A DNA stretch of 64,000 bases from a virus (lineage: Duplodnaviria; Caudoviricetes): positions 14,600 to 78,599 of IMG/VR virus record IMGVR_UViG_3300025295_000098; one strand, written 5' to 3'. The notes beneath the pieces are model-generated. The model saw only the letters and a program-made list of their open reading frames with translations. It was not told the DNA's origin and did not search any database. Both the position numbers and the translations under genes were made by a program. How positions within the stretch are numbered: position 1 is the stretch's first letter; each line of letters starts with the position of its first letter. Of this stretch, positions 54,567-63,709 are shown piece by piece.

Positions 54567-54963
54567 GTCCCCATCTCCGACATGGGTGGGGATCGTATCC
54601 GCGTTGGCGCCCGGCGAACATCTCTACAAAAGCGGTATCTGGGCCGTCGCCGCAATCCGCCTTTGTCCAGGCCGCTCAGGGTTATCAAATTCAGCCAGTA
54701 AACTTGATTTCAGCCGATACCAGCCGGCCTACGCTTGCCGACGCCGGCCGGTATTCTCCAACATTCTGTGTAGCACTGTGCCAACGTGGAGACTTAGCCG
54801 ACCCGTCCCCTTTGCGTTGGCTTAGCCGAATGGCAACTTTGAGTGATAGAATCGACGTTACGAGTAGGCTCACCACCGGCGCGACGATGGAAACGTATGT
54901 GCGCCGTGCCGACCGTTTTAAGGATCATGCCGGAGATGGTTTTCTGTAGAAGGTAGACGCAAC

Positions 54964-55599
54964 ATGGTACTCTGGCCCCACCCACGAAGATCCGACTGGG
55001 ATGATCTTTCCGATTTTGTGGTCCACTTGACGCGGAACAACGCTGGCATCAATGCCGCCTTCAATTTCGTAGCGATACTGAGAGATGGTCGGATCGAAGC
55101 TCGTAACAGATTCGGTATCGGTTACGCCTTTGATCAGTGCCCCTCAGCTGTTTGCCTAACTGAGACACCGCTGCACCAAATGATCCGTATCGCAGACCGC
55201 CGAAGCGTGTTTGGCATCGGATTCCTGAAGAGTTTTGTTGCAGAAGCAGGCGGTGGCCCGGTTGGGTACTTATATGGCGACCGGCAAACAGCAGCCCGAA
55301 GTTTGATGCGGGAAGCCATCGACGATGCCGAAAACCCGATTTGGAAACTGGCTCCGTTCCTAGATGGGCCGAGGCAGAATTATAGCTTCGAATGGGAACG
55401 GGAATGGCGAGTTCCACGAGAACTTGCCTTCCAACCGGAACAGGTTTGCTTTCTCACCGGACCTGACGACGAGCACGACAGGATGCGGGAGTATTTTGAA
55501 CAAGAGCACCGGGAGAGCGATTTCCCCAACTACCAGATGCCACTGATCGACCTGCGATGGAGCCGAGAGCGTATGCATGAGGAGTTGGGTAGACAATAA
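54964..55599 (+). CDS. AbiGi-like / ADP-ribosyltransferase-fold protein
   Basis: VVHLT, F.AIL..G, VCLTETPL, FGIGF.K, GGGPV.Y, EWEREWR. Confidence 0.7.
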   Translation: MVLWPHPRRSDWDDLSDFVVHLTRNNAGINAAFNFVAILRDGRIEARNRFGIGYAFDQCPSAVCLTETPLHQMIRIADRRSVFGIGFLKSFVAEAGGGPVGYLYGDRQTAARSLMREAIDDAENPIWKLAPFLDGPRQNYSFEWEREWRVPRELAFQPEQVCFLTGPDDEHDRMREYFEQEHRESDFPNYQMPLIDLRWSRERMHEELGRQ

Positions 55600-55683
55600 C
55601 AGTTGCGTCGACAACGGTGACGTTCTGCACAAGAAAATCAGCGATAACGGTCTTTATCGCTACCTTGCATATGTAACGCGCGT

Positions 55684-55998
55684 TCATTGGCAGCGAGGCG
55701 GCAGATAGCGCGACCACCCAAACCGGCTTCGAAGGAGGAAGATGATCGCCCGGAGCGCCACATCGTCGGTACCGGCGGCAAGACGGAGAAGATGGCCGAC
55801 AAGAGCGGCTTCAAGCTTGGCGGCGCCGACATTCAGCTGCTCGCGATAGTATCGCCTCAACGTTTTCGGATCGATCTCCATCACGCGGCCGATTTCGCGT
55901 TGGGGGATGCCCTGAGAGGCAAGCATCTGGACGATGCGACGGTCGCTTGGAGTGGGGATATGCGGAGGTCGTCCGGGGGTGGGTTTCGGGTGCATCAT
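55684..55998 (-). CDS. Terminase small subunit-like HTH protein
   Basis: GRPPH.PT...R..V..LA..GIPQ.EI......D.KTLRRYY...L..G; AIIF.L..R.GW. Confidence 0.75.
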   Translation of the reverse strand: MMHPKPTPGRPPHIPTPSDRRIVQMLASQGIPQREIGRVMEIDPKTLRRYYREQLNVGAAKLEAALVGHLLRLAAGTDDVALRAIIFLLRSRFGWSRYLPPRCQ

Positions 55999-56029
55999 CC
56001 ACAGGCGGGAAAAACCGTCCTCGATGTTT

Positions 56030-56115
56030 TGTGTCGGCGAGAAAAAAATCTCCAGATGAGGTGGACGCGGGTCTTCTGGCCGGCGGCCATCTTGGCACTC
56101 CCACCCCCCCCCGCT
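56030..56115 (-). other. cos-like packaging region upstream of satellite terS
   Basis: Minus strand reads G9-TGGGAG...GACCCGCGTCCACCTCA...T7-CTCG, a layout recalled from cos phages. Confidence 0.5.
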
Positions 56116-56192
56116 GGTTCGGTCCAGCGCGAATCGTGCTACTGGTTCGCTTCTAGCACGATCCTCTAGGCAGGACGCTGAGTTACTTCGCC

Positions 56193-56936
56193 ATGACGGA
56201 AGAGCTTACCAAAATCGCAGACGAAATGGCTGGGCTGCTCGGGTTCTTCGTTGACAGCCGAATGTCCGGCTTGATCCTCCCATCCGAGCACTCATCCACT
56301 TTCGTTGCCCTAGCTCTTGAAGCAAAGTCTATGATCGAGGAACAGCTCGGCCCAGCCAACAGCTACTCACTGAATTTGATCCATGCTGTGAATTCCGGCG
56401 CTGGCGGCTTCGCAGACGGCCCGTCTTATGCTTCTGTGGATGAGACATCGAAGGTCATCCGCGCGGCAGTTCGCACTATCGAGCGCAAGCGAGTAAGGCC
56501 GCCGGCTTTGCCGCCCGGTTCAACTCCCTACGTTGATCCAGCGCGTGTCGTCGCGCTCCAAGCCATCAGTAAGGGGCCGTGGGACTTTACGCGGCTTGTG
56601 GAGCTTTGCCGCGAGATCAACGTAACCGCTGCTAATCGGTGTCATATGTCAACGGCGATGCTCCTTCGCACCATACTCAACCATGTACCTCCCGTGTTTG
56701 GCTTTAACGCATTCGCAGAAGTAGCCAACAATTACGGCGGAGCCAAATCGCAGAAGTCCTTCAAAGCTTCAATGCAGCGCCTTGAGGGTTCGCTCCGCAA
56801 TATTGCAGACATGCATCTTCATTCCCCGATCAGAGCACGTGAGGACGTGCCGACAGCCGTTCAGGTGGATTTTGCAGCCGACCTTGATGTTCTACTCGGC
56901 GAAATAATTCGAACGGCCGGCGTTCAGACAGCCTGA
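56193..56936 (+). CDS. Hypothetical protein, HEPN-like candidate
   Basis: Helical; C-terminal RNIADMH (R-x5-H) motif; opposite strand to flanking operon. Confidence 0.6.
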   Translation: MTEELTKIADEMAGLLGFFVDSRMSGLILPSEHSSTFVALALEAKSMIEEQLGPANSYSLNLIHAVNSGAGGFADGPSYASVDETSKVIRAAVRTIERKRVRPPALPPGSTPYVDPARVVALQAISKGPWDFTRLVELCREINVTAANRCHMSTAMLLRTILNHVPPVFGFNAFAEVANNYGGAKSQKSFKASMQRLEGSLRNIADMHLHSPIRAREDVPTAVQVDFAADLDVLLGEIIRTAGVQTA

Positions 56937-56973
56937 GGAATGCCATTATGCCTCCTTCACCAGCGCAGCAACG

Positions 56974-57132
56974 TTATTGCAATCGCGTCGAGGGCGCGTC
57001 GGGCTCGCTGAAATAACGATAAACTGCTCCGGCAAGCATCGCGCTCTCCTTCTCCGTCGGCGCGCGGCGGAATGTGCGGAAGAATGCCTCGACGACATTC
57101 TTGCAGGTAGCTTCGATCTCCGAGCTGGTCAT
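56974..57132 (-). CDS. Small hypothetical protein, 52 aa
   Basis: MTSSEIEATCKNVVEAFFRTFRR..., starts 2 nt after upstream stop; not in ORF track. Confidence 0.4.
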   Translation of the reverse strand: MTSSEIEATCKNVVEAFFRTFRRAPTEKESAMLAGAVYRYFSEPDAPSTRLQ

Positions 57133-57134
57133 GG

Positions 57135-57341
57135 TCATTCCCTTTGTTGCCGCGCCGCGATGCGGACAATCGGCTTGCCCTTGGTCGTGCCGGCCTGAGC
57201 TTCAAGAAGCACAAGGCGGGCTTCCAGTGCGTCAAGGCGGGCGGCCACGGGTGACAGGTTCCGTTCGAGATGGCCCGTCACGATCTGGACGATCTCGGCG
57301 CCGAACTGTTTGCCGTCAAAGCTCATCTGCGTACCCTCCAA
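57135..57341 (-). CDS. Small coiled-coil protein
   Basis: MSFDGKQFGAEIVQIV...LDALEARL; follows capsid gene. Confidence 0.6.
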   Translation of the reverse strand: MEGTQMSFDGKQFGAEIVQIVTGHLERNLSPVAARLDALEARLVLLEAQAGTTKGKPIVRIAARQQRE

Positions 57342-58355
57342 TCAGCCCGACGCCAGAGTGGGCCATTCGATACCTGACAAAACGGCGATCGCGTCGTCGG
57401 TCCCGGCAGAGACGCCGAACAAGGCGGAGACCTTCACGGCGATGGCGTTGGTTTGCCACAAGCTGACAAGGTTCGTGGCTGTCGGCGTGACCGCGTTATT
57501 CGTCGGAGCATCGTTGATTTCGAGGGCGGCATGGCGCGAAATGTCGATCCCGAGGCTCTCGATGTCCGCCAGGATGCGGTCGCCGTCGAGGAGGATGAGC
57601 GTGCCGGGGCTGACGCCGGCCGAGACGGCGAAAGGCAAGTTCAGGAACTCCGAAAGCCCTTCCGGCGAGGCGCTTCCTCGGCCGTCATTCAACAGGGAAA
57701 TGCTGTTCGCGACGTCGGGCGAGGCGATCCAGCAGAGCCGGCCTTCGCCGGTGTTCACCGCATCCAACATCTGTTTCAAGTCAGCAGCATGATTGTCGGT
57801 GGCGGCGAACGACGGTGTGGCGGATGTGATGAGCGTGCTGAGGGCGCCGACGTCGAGCGCCTTTGCGACCGCACGGCGGAGCTGCCGGCTCAGAAATGCC
57901 TGGGCGGCGGCCGAGGCGTTCTCGATGACTTCCCTGGACAAGACGATGATCGCGTCGGCCTGTTGCGGCTGGAGCTGATCGCCGTTCAACGACATGCGCG
58001 AGACCGGCCGAGCTTTGCCTTCTCCGGTCACATCGGCGATGACGCCTTCGGAGATCGAGCCGACGCGGGACCGCAAGGGAGCCCTTGAGATGACGCCCAG
58101 ATCGAGCAGGGCGGCGAAAGCGCTCCGGCCGCCAAGACCCTGGAGGAAAGCGGAACTCGCGGCTTGCATGTCGGCCAACTGCCCGGCCCATGCCGGATCG
58201 GCCAATGTCCCGGCGGCAATCGCCGCTTTCAAAATCCTTTGGGCCGGCGCCGGCATGCGAAGCCGGTCAGCTATGTCGCCGATCGGCGCGCCCGTCTTCT
58301 CGGCGACGGCGAGAGCTCGGACGAGGGCCAAGATTGTTGATGCGTGTTCGTTCAT
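57342..58355 (-). CDS. HK97-family major capsid protein homologue
   Basis: GEGKARPVS.......L.P....AI..LSREVI; SLWQTN..A.K; AGGAG RBS before ATG 58355. Confidence 0.85.
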   Translation of the reverse strand: MNEHASTILALVRALAVAEKTGAPIGDIADRLRMPAPAQRILKAAIAAGTLADPAWAGQLADMQAASSAFLQGLGGRSAFAALLDLGVISRAPLRSRVGSISEGVIADVTGEGKARPVSRMSLNGDQLQPQQADAIIVLSREVIENASAAAQAFLSRQLRRAVAKALDVGALSTLITSATPSFAATDNHAADLKQMLDAVNTGEGRLCWIASPDVANSISLLNDGRGSASPEGLSEFLNLPFAVSAGVSPGTLILLDGDRILADIESLGIDISRHAALEINDAPTNNAVTPTATNLVSLWQTNAIAVKVSALFGVSAGTDDAIAVLSGIEWPTLASG

Positions 58356-58431
58356 TTCGGGAACTCCTGCTTTGACCACAAGGGTGCAGGCCGAAACGCT
58401 CATGGGGAAGGACCTTAAACGCTCGAAACGC

Positions 58432-58725
58432 TCACAGGGCATCATTCCCGGTGTGACGGCGGAGGCGCGGGATCGATACGCGAAGGCGACCGCCGCGCTT
58501 GAATCCTATGCCATCCTCATTGGCCCACCGGCGGATCGTGGATTTGGAGACTTTGGCCCGTTGAGCGGCGGTCCCGGTGTCGATCAGATTATACTGCGCG
58601 AAATCGTCATCAATGACGTCGGGGGCCGGCGCCGGTTCCGATCCCGCGCCGGCTATTTTCTCCCGCAATGTTAGCAAGGCCGCGATAGCACTGTCGAGTA
58701 GGGCAAGCGCATCGGCGGTCGTCAT
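58432..58725 (-). CDS. Excisionase-like HTH protein
   Basis: LIDT..AAQRA.VS.STIRRW....IG.K.GGR.RVS. Confidence 0.7.
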   Translation of the reverse strand: MTTADALALLDSAIAALLTLREKIAGAGSEPAPAPDVIDDDFAQYNLIDTGTAAQRAKVSKSTIRRWANEDGIGFKRGGRLRVSIPRLRRHTGNDAL

Positions 58726-58793
58726 GATCGCTCCTCCTGAGGGATCGCCGCCCAGACTCCTAAAGACCGGGCGGCTATCTCTTGCTGTAGTGA

Positions 58794-59366
58794 TCAGGCC
58801 GACAGGTTGGCATCGACATACCGAAGGAATTCGATTGCAAGCGGATCGCCCTGCTCGGCTTTCCGCTCCGCGTGCTCGATCACGCTCGCTCCCAGGTCCC
58901 CAATATCATCAAAAAGGGGGGCGAAACGAGCGTGCGTCTCCATCCGCCGTTTCCGTTCCTCCATTCGTTCCTTGAGCACGTGCAACCCTTCTTCACCGGC
59001 TTTCCTGAACTGCTCGTTAGTCGCATGGCCGCATTCGCTGATGAGCTGCCGCCGCATTTCCTCAACATCCTGGTTGTTGACGAAAATATCGACCATGCGC
59101 CGATGCAGGGCCATCTCCGGCGGGAGCTTCGAATAGTCAGGCGGCATTTGCGGTTCAGCGGATGCCGGAATATGACCCATCATCCGGCCCGCTCGGATCA
59201 TGCCGCGCACCGCGTTATCTGCGACCTCGCGAGCCAATTCCGGGCAAGCCACGCGAAAGCGTTTCATGAGTTCGAGGTCACCGCAGTAAGGCACTCCGTC
59301 ATCCGTCGCCTTGGCCATGATGTCGGCCAGCTTGCTCCTCTGCTCGCTGTTCAGCACGTTTGTCAT
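58794..59366 (-). CDS. Hypothetical helical protein
   Basis: 190-aa ORF, GGAG RBS. Confidence 0.65.
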   Translation of the reverse strand: MTNVLNSEQRSKLADIMAKATDDGVPYCGDLELMKRFRVACPELAREVADNAVRGMIRAGRMMGHIPASAEPQMPPDYSKLPPEMALHRRMVDIFVNNQDVEEMRRQLISECGHATNEQFRKAGEEGLHVLKERMEERKRRMETHARFAPLFDDIGDLGASVIEHAERKAEQGDPLAIEFLRYVDANLSA

Positions 59367-59561
59367 GATCGTCTCCTTCCTTGCACCGGCGCCGGGACTG
59401 GCGCCTTTTCATCTCTCATTGAAAGTCCGAAACTCCCGCCGCAACGCCTCCTCGCCGGTTCGCGTGCCATGTTTGCCATGAGTTTGCTTTTCCAGTGTTC
59501 GCGCGCCGCGCGCGTATGACGCCCGAAATGGAAGGTCGTGGCACACGTGGCACCGAGGCGT

Positions 59562-60962
59562 TTAATCGAACTCTCCATAGCGTCCTCCCCGAGCTGGCTC
59601 GGAAAGTCTAAGCCCGTAAATACCCCGCATTTTTTGAATCCTAGCGGACGTGAATCCACGCGCTTCGAGCGCCTGTTTGAAGCTCTTCTGCGAGCCTGCG
59701 GTCTCGCCGGATCGTTCCGCCCAGCTTTTCCAGGACGCATAGAGAGGGGTGGTGCCCTCGAACGCTTGCGGATCGCGCTGGCAACAATCCTCCATCCAAG
59801 CACCAAGAGCGTCCTCGGCGTCCAGATAATGGGCGGTTGCTTCCGTGACCGCTCTCGGTGGCGACAGGCCGATACGCTGCCATTCGAGGCAACCTTCGAT
59901 CGCCCAGGCGAAAATCCCCGGCCATTCCTCCTTGAGTTTTTCCGTCAGGGTTTCATCCCGCTCCTCGGGCGGGATCGTCACTGTGAAGGGGATCAGGTTG
60001 AAGCGACGGCGGATCGCTTCGTCAACGGAGCGCAAGCTGGGCTTGTGGTTACCGGCGATCACGAGCTTGAACTGCGGCTGGTATTCGAAAAAGTCCTGCC
60101 GCATGAAGCGCGCGGCTATACGGTCGCCGCCGGTTAGCGCCTTGATCTTCGATTCCGCCCAACGGCGTCCTTCTTCCGTCTCCACCGCCGTCACCAGCCG
60201 CGCGCCGCGCAAGCCGGCAAGCTCGGTGGGATGACGGTCACCGCTAGACGCGACAAACGTCTCGATGGGTGCGCTCCTGCCGTAATCACCGACAACATTC
60301 ATCAGCGTGTCGATGAAGACACTTTTGCCGTTGCCGCCGTGGCCGAACAGAAAGAACAGCGCGTGTTCGCGGGTGATGCCGGTCAGGCAATACCCCGCCA
60401 CCCGCTGGAGGAAGGCTTGCAGTTCCTCGTCTCCGGCCGTGACGCGGGCGAGAAAGGCGCGCCAGAGCGGGCAATCCCCACCGGGCGCCACCGTTGAGAT
60501 TTTAGTCAAATAGTCGCCCGGCGAGGCAATGCGGAGCCTGCCGGTTGTCAGATCAACAACACCGGCTGGCGTATTGATGCTCCAATTATCTCGATCCCAT
60601 TGATCAATCGCTGCCGCGATCCGCCGGTCCGCCCGGATCAGTGAGGCGACGGCTGCCACGGTTTTGGCACTGGCGAGCCGCCGCCGAACCTCCTCCTTGC
60701 CATCGCAATCTGAGGCGAATTCTCGGCACAGTCGGCGGCACTGGTCGTAAACACCGAGCGTCTTGTCCGCTCGCCAGACCTTGCCGTCCCATTCCATCCA
60801 CTGGCTCCAGGCAGCGACAAATCGGAGATGAAAATTGTTCCGGTTGGCAAATTCAAGCGCCAGGGCCTCTTCCGAATAGGCTGGCGGAGCGGGTTCCTCC
60901 ATTCTGTGCGCCTGATGATACACATCGAGTCTGATAGCTCCGAACTTTGGTTCGTCGGTCAT
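59562..60962 (-). CDS. P4-family primase/D5-like SF3 helicase
   Basis: D5_N (W..WDG..W, INTP.GVVDL.TG), Walker A GHGGNGKS, AIRRR. Confidence 0.93.
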   Translation of the reverse strand: MTDEPKFGAIRLDVYHQAHRMEEPAPPAYSEEALALEFANRNNFHLRFVAAWSQWMEWDGKVWRADKTLGVYDQCRRLCREFASDCDGKEEVRRRLASAKTVAAVASLIRADRRIAAAIDQWDRDNWSINTPAGVVDLTTGRLRIASPGDYLTKISTVAPGGDCPLWRAFLARVTAGDEELQAFLQRVAGYCLTGITREHALFFLFGHGGNGKSVFIDTLMNVVGDYGRSAPIETFVASSGDRHPTELAGLRGARLVTAVETEEGRRWAESKIKALTGGDRIAARFMRQDFFEYQPQFKLVIAGNHKPSLRSVDEAIRRRFNLIPFTVTIPPEERDETLTEKLKEEWPGIFAWAIEGCLEWQRIGLSPPRAVTEATAHYLDAEDALGAWMEDCCQRDPQAFEGTTPLYASWKSWAERSGETAGSQKSFKQALEARGFTSARIQKMRGIYGLRLSEPARGGRYGEFD

Positions 60963-61492
60963 GACGTCGCCCCCTCACGCCTGCGCAGGATAGACACCTG
61001 TGGCATCCGCGCGGGCCGCATGTGCCGGGTGTAGACCGGCAGGAGGGCTTCGTGGACGGCGACGCGCGGGCAATGGCGAAGTTCATCAAAGGCGCGCCGC
61101 CAATCGATGATCACGACCCCGTCGCGGCCGGCTTTAAGCCAGTGAAGGGGGCTCCTGTAGACATGAAGGCAGTGGCCGAGGGAATAGGTTCCGGCATTGT
61201 CGACTGCCTGCTCGCCCAGCGCGAACGCTCGGCCCGTCCAGCGCGCCAGCTCATCGTTTTCCGGTCGCCAAAAGCAGATGTCTTCACACTCGCGGAAAGC
61301 CAACCAAGTTGGGCCGCTACGGTCTACTTCGAAGAAGCCGTCATGCCCGCGAAAGCCATGGATCAGACGGATCGGCTCGGGCTCAACAATCGCCGCTTTT
61401 GATACACCGCAGGCGATTAGCCAATCGATGTGGCGTGTCAAAAGCCAACCAAGGGGCGGCGAGTCGAAATAATCTAAATCAATTTTCGTCAT
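60959..61492 (-). CDS. Hypothetical protein coupled to primase
   Basis: ATGA overlap with primase; possible primase-associated domain. Confidence 0.65.
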   Translation of the reverse strand: MTKIDLDYFDSPPLGWLLTRHIDWLIACGVSKAAIVEPEPIRLIHGFRGHDGFFEVDRSGPTWLAFRECEDICFWRPENDELARWTGRAFALGEQAVDNAGTYSLGHCLHVYRSPLHWLKAGRDGVVIIDWRRAFDELRHCPRVAVHEALLPVYTRHMRPARMPQVSILRRREGATS

Positions 61493-61609
61493 CAGCGGTC
61501 TCCATTCGGAAACCACCGCGAGTTGCGCGAAGCTGCTGGCTAGGGTATTTTCCGAACGTCCCCGAAGACGCCCATCACCCCATGCAGCCGCCGTGCGAAA
61601 GTGCGGCGG

Positions 61610-61807
61610 TCATGCGGCATCCATGAAAAAAGCGACTAGCTTGCCGCGCTCCGCGACCCATCGGTTGCCGACCTTCTTGGCCGGGAGCTCGCCGCTGTCG
61701 AGCATGTGGAACGTGGCCCGCTGGGACCTGCCAATGAGTTTCGCGATGTTCGCCGCACCCCAGACAAGTTCTAGAGGCGGAGCGGAATCTTTCGTAATTT
61801 CTTCCAT
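61610..61807 (-). CDS. AlpA/excisionase-like regulator
   Basis: LVWGAANIAKLIGRS.RATFHML..G.LPAKKVGNRWV; GGAGG RBS. Confidence 0.8.
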   Translation of the reverse strand: MEEITKDSAPPLELVWGAANIAKLIGRSQRATFHMLDSGELPAKKVGNRWVAERGKLVAFFMDAA

Positions 61808-61826
61808 TGGATGATTGCCTCCTGTA

Positions 61827-61895
61827 ATATCCAGAGGATATGATATATCCAACGGATAGGTTTGATAGTCAAGCCGAAACATATCCACTGGATAG
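61827..61895. promoter_or_regulatory. Three palindromic operator sites in divergent switch region
   Basis: ATATCC-AGA-GGATAT (61827), ATATCC-AAC-GGATAG (61845), ATATCC-ACT-GGATAG (61881). Confidence 0.75.
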
Positions 61896-61917
61896 GTTTA
61901 AAGAGAAGATATGAGAA

Positions 61918-62340
61918 ATGGCCGAAAACAGAACGAACATTGACCAGTTTCAACTGCGACTTCCGCCTGGGATGCGCGAACGTATTAAGGCGGCGGGCGA
62001 TCGTAACGGCCGCAGCATGAACGCCGAAATCGTCAGAGCGCTCGAGATGGCTTTTCCGGAGCCTGTTTCGATCAGTGCGCGCCTTGAGGAACTGCACCAT
62101 CTTTTCTCCGCGATGAGGAAGATTCGCGGATACGGCGGCGCAATTGACGTGATTACGGAGGAGATCGTGAACGCTATTGAGGCGGGCGCCGCCGGTCGCG
62201 ATCCAACTCTGGATGAAGACGCTGTGGGTGAATTGCAGAAGGCGCTACTCAAATGGAAAGGTCGGCAAGATGCCGACGTGGCCGCACGCAAGAGAGCGGT
62301 AGACGAAAAGTACCAGTCCAACGGCGAGGCCGATAAATGA
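61918..62340 (+). CDS. Arc-family repressor
   Basis: DQFQLRLPPGMRERIKAA...GRSMNAEIVRAL. Confidence 0.88.
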   Translation: MAENRTNIDQFQLRLPPGMRERIKAAGDRNGRSMNAEIVRALEMAFPEPVSISARLEELHHLFSAMRKIRGYGGAIDVITEEIVNAIEAGAAGRDPTLDEDAVGELQKALLKWKGRQDADVAARKRAVDEKYQSNGEADK

Positions 62341-63530
62341 GCGTCCGCAAGCGAGAATGGGTAACACCGAAAGGCGAACAGAAATATGCTTGGGTCGTTG
62401 ACTATTTCGACACGGGCGGCAAGCGCCGGCTGAAGAGTTTCACAAGGAAGAAGGAAGCCGACCAGTTTGCCGCCACGGCTGCCGTCGAGGTGAGGGCAGG
62501 GACGCACGTTGCCGACTCAGCAAGCGTGACGGTCGAGAAGGCCGGGTCACTGTGGATCGCCTCTGGTGAGAATGCCGGCCTTGAGCGCTCGACAGTCAAT
62601 CAGCGCAAGAGTCACTTGGAGCATCACATCGTGCCGATGATCGGTCAGGTGCTCTTGTCAAAGCTCACCGTGCCGGCCGTGCGCGACTTTGAGGATCGTA
62701 TGCGGAAAGAAGGCCGATCACCAGCAATGGTGAAAAAGATTCTGACTTCGCTCGGCTCAATACTCGCGGACGCTAGTGAGCGTGGGCTTGCAGCTCGCAA
62801 TCCGGTGCGAGATATCAAGGGAAGCAGGAAGGGCCGGGACAGGCGGCAGGAGAAGCGCCAGAAGGGCAAACTTAAGGTCGGAACTGATATTCCAACCCCT
62901 GCGGAGATCAAGGCGCTCCTCGGCGCCCTTGAGGGCAACTGGCGCCCGCTGTTGTTGACCGCAGTCTTTACAGGCATGCGTTCGTCGGAGTTGCGCGGCC
63001 TGCGCTGGCAGGACGTCGATTTCAAGCGCGGAGAGATTGCCGTCCGTCAACGGGTGGATCAGTTCCGGGAAATGGGGCCACCGAAGTCAGAAGCTGGGGT
63101 GCGGACCATTCCAGTGCCGCCGCTTGTCGTCAACACTCTTAAAGAGCTGAAGCTCAAGCAGGGGAACAAGCCTGTCCTTGTGTTCGCCAATCCCGATGGT
63201 GACTCGCGCTCACACTCGAACGTCGTCAGGAAGGGCCTCCAGCCGGCGATGGTGCGGGCGGGCGTAACGACCGATACCGGTAAGCGTGACAAAAATGGCA
63301 AGCCGATCCTCAGGGCCAAGTACACGGGCTTGCATGCGTTGCGCCACTTCTTCGCAAGCTGGCTGATCAACCGGAAGGAAGACGGCGGTCTCGGCCTGCC
63401 GGCAAAGATGGTTCAAGAGCGCCTCGGACATGCTTCGATCGTGATGACGATGGACACTTACGGGCACCTGTTTGCACGCTCGGATGACGGAACAGAGCTG
63501 GCACAAGCAGCGAACATCCTGCTCAGCTAA
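62337..63530 (+). CDS. int: Tyrosine recombinase (integrase)
   Basis: TGMRSSELRGL, HALRHFFAS, LGHAS..MT.DTYGH; adjacent to att. Confidence 0.96.
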   Translation: MSVRKREWVTPKGEQKYAWVVDYFDTGGKRRLKSFTRKKEADQFAATAAVEVRAGTHVADSASVTVEKAGSLWIASGENAGLERSTVNQRKSHLEHHIVPMIGQVLLSKLTVPAVRDFEDRMRKEGRSPAMVKKILTSLGSILADASERGLAARNPVRDIKGSRKGRDRRQEKRQKGKLKVGTDIPTPAEIKALLGALEGNWRPLLLTAVFTGMRSSELRGLRWQDVDFKRGEIAVRQRVDQFREMGPPKSEAGVRTIPVPPLVVNTLKELKLKQGNKPVLVFANPDGDSRSHSNVVRKGLQPAMVRAGVTTDTGKRDKNGKPILRAKYTGLHALRHFFASWLINRKEDGGLGLPAKMVQERLGHASIVMTMDTYGHLFARSDDGTELAQAANILLS

Positions 63531-63531
63531 C

Positions 63532-63551
63532 TGCAACATGTATGCAACACG
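63532..63551 (+). repeat. Candidate integrase arm-type sites (right)
   Basis: TGCAACATG / TGCAACACG at 11-bp period. Confidence 0.6.
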
Positions 63552-63590
63552 AGGGCAGAAATCTCTTTAAAAACAATAGGCGGCAAAAGC

Positions 63591-63635
63591 CTGCAAATCC
63601 TTGTACCCCGGTTCAATTCCGGGCGAGGCCTCCAA
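63591..63635 (+). repeat. attR core (duplicate of tRNA-Cys 3' end)
   Basis: 45-bp exact match to 52902-52946. Confidence 0.95.
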
Positions 63636-63709
63636 AATTTTCCCACATGACATAGTCGGTTAGAAAATGCGGCTCGCTGGCGGTGCGGCGTCAGTGCTTG
63701 CGACGGGTC

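Larger units (their letters stand above)
52902..63635. mobile_element. Phage satellite / PICI-like island (10,689 bp excisable unit)
   Basis: att repeats, integrase, Arc and AlpA regulators, P4-type primase-helicase, TerS, capsid homologue; no tail, portal or TerL. Confidence 0.88.

Noticed and set aside
57342-58355. Encapsulin or gene-transfer-agent capsid
   Set aside because: Context is int/primase/terS between att sites, with no cargo enzyme and no GTA structural cluster
59363-59806. 147-aa minus-strand ORF between primase and the 58794-59366 gene
   Set aside because: Its 5' half overlaps the primase in another frame and composition is not protein-like; at most a short unsupported peptide
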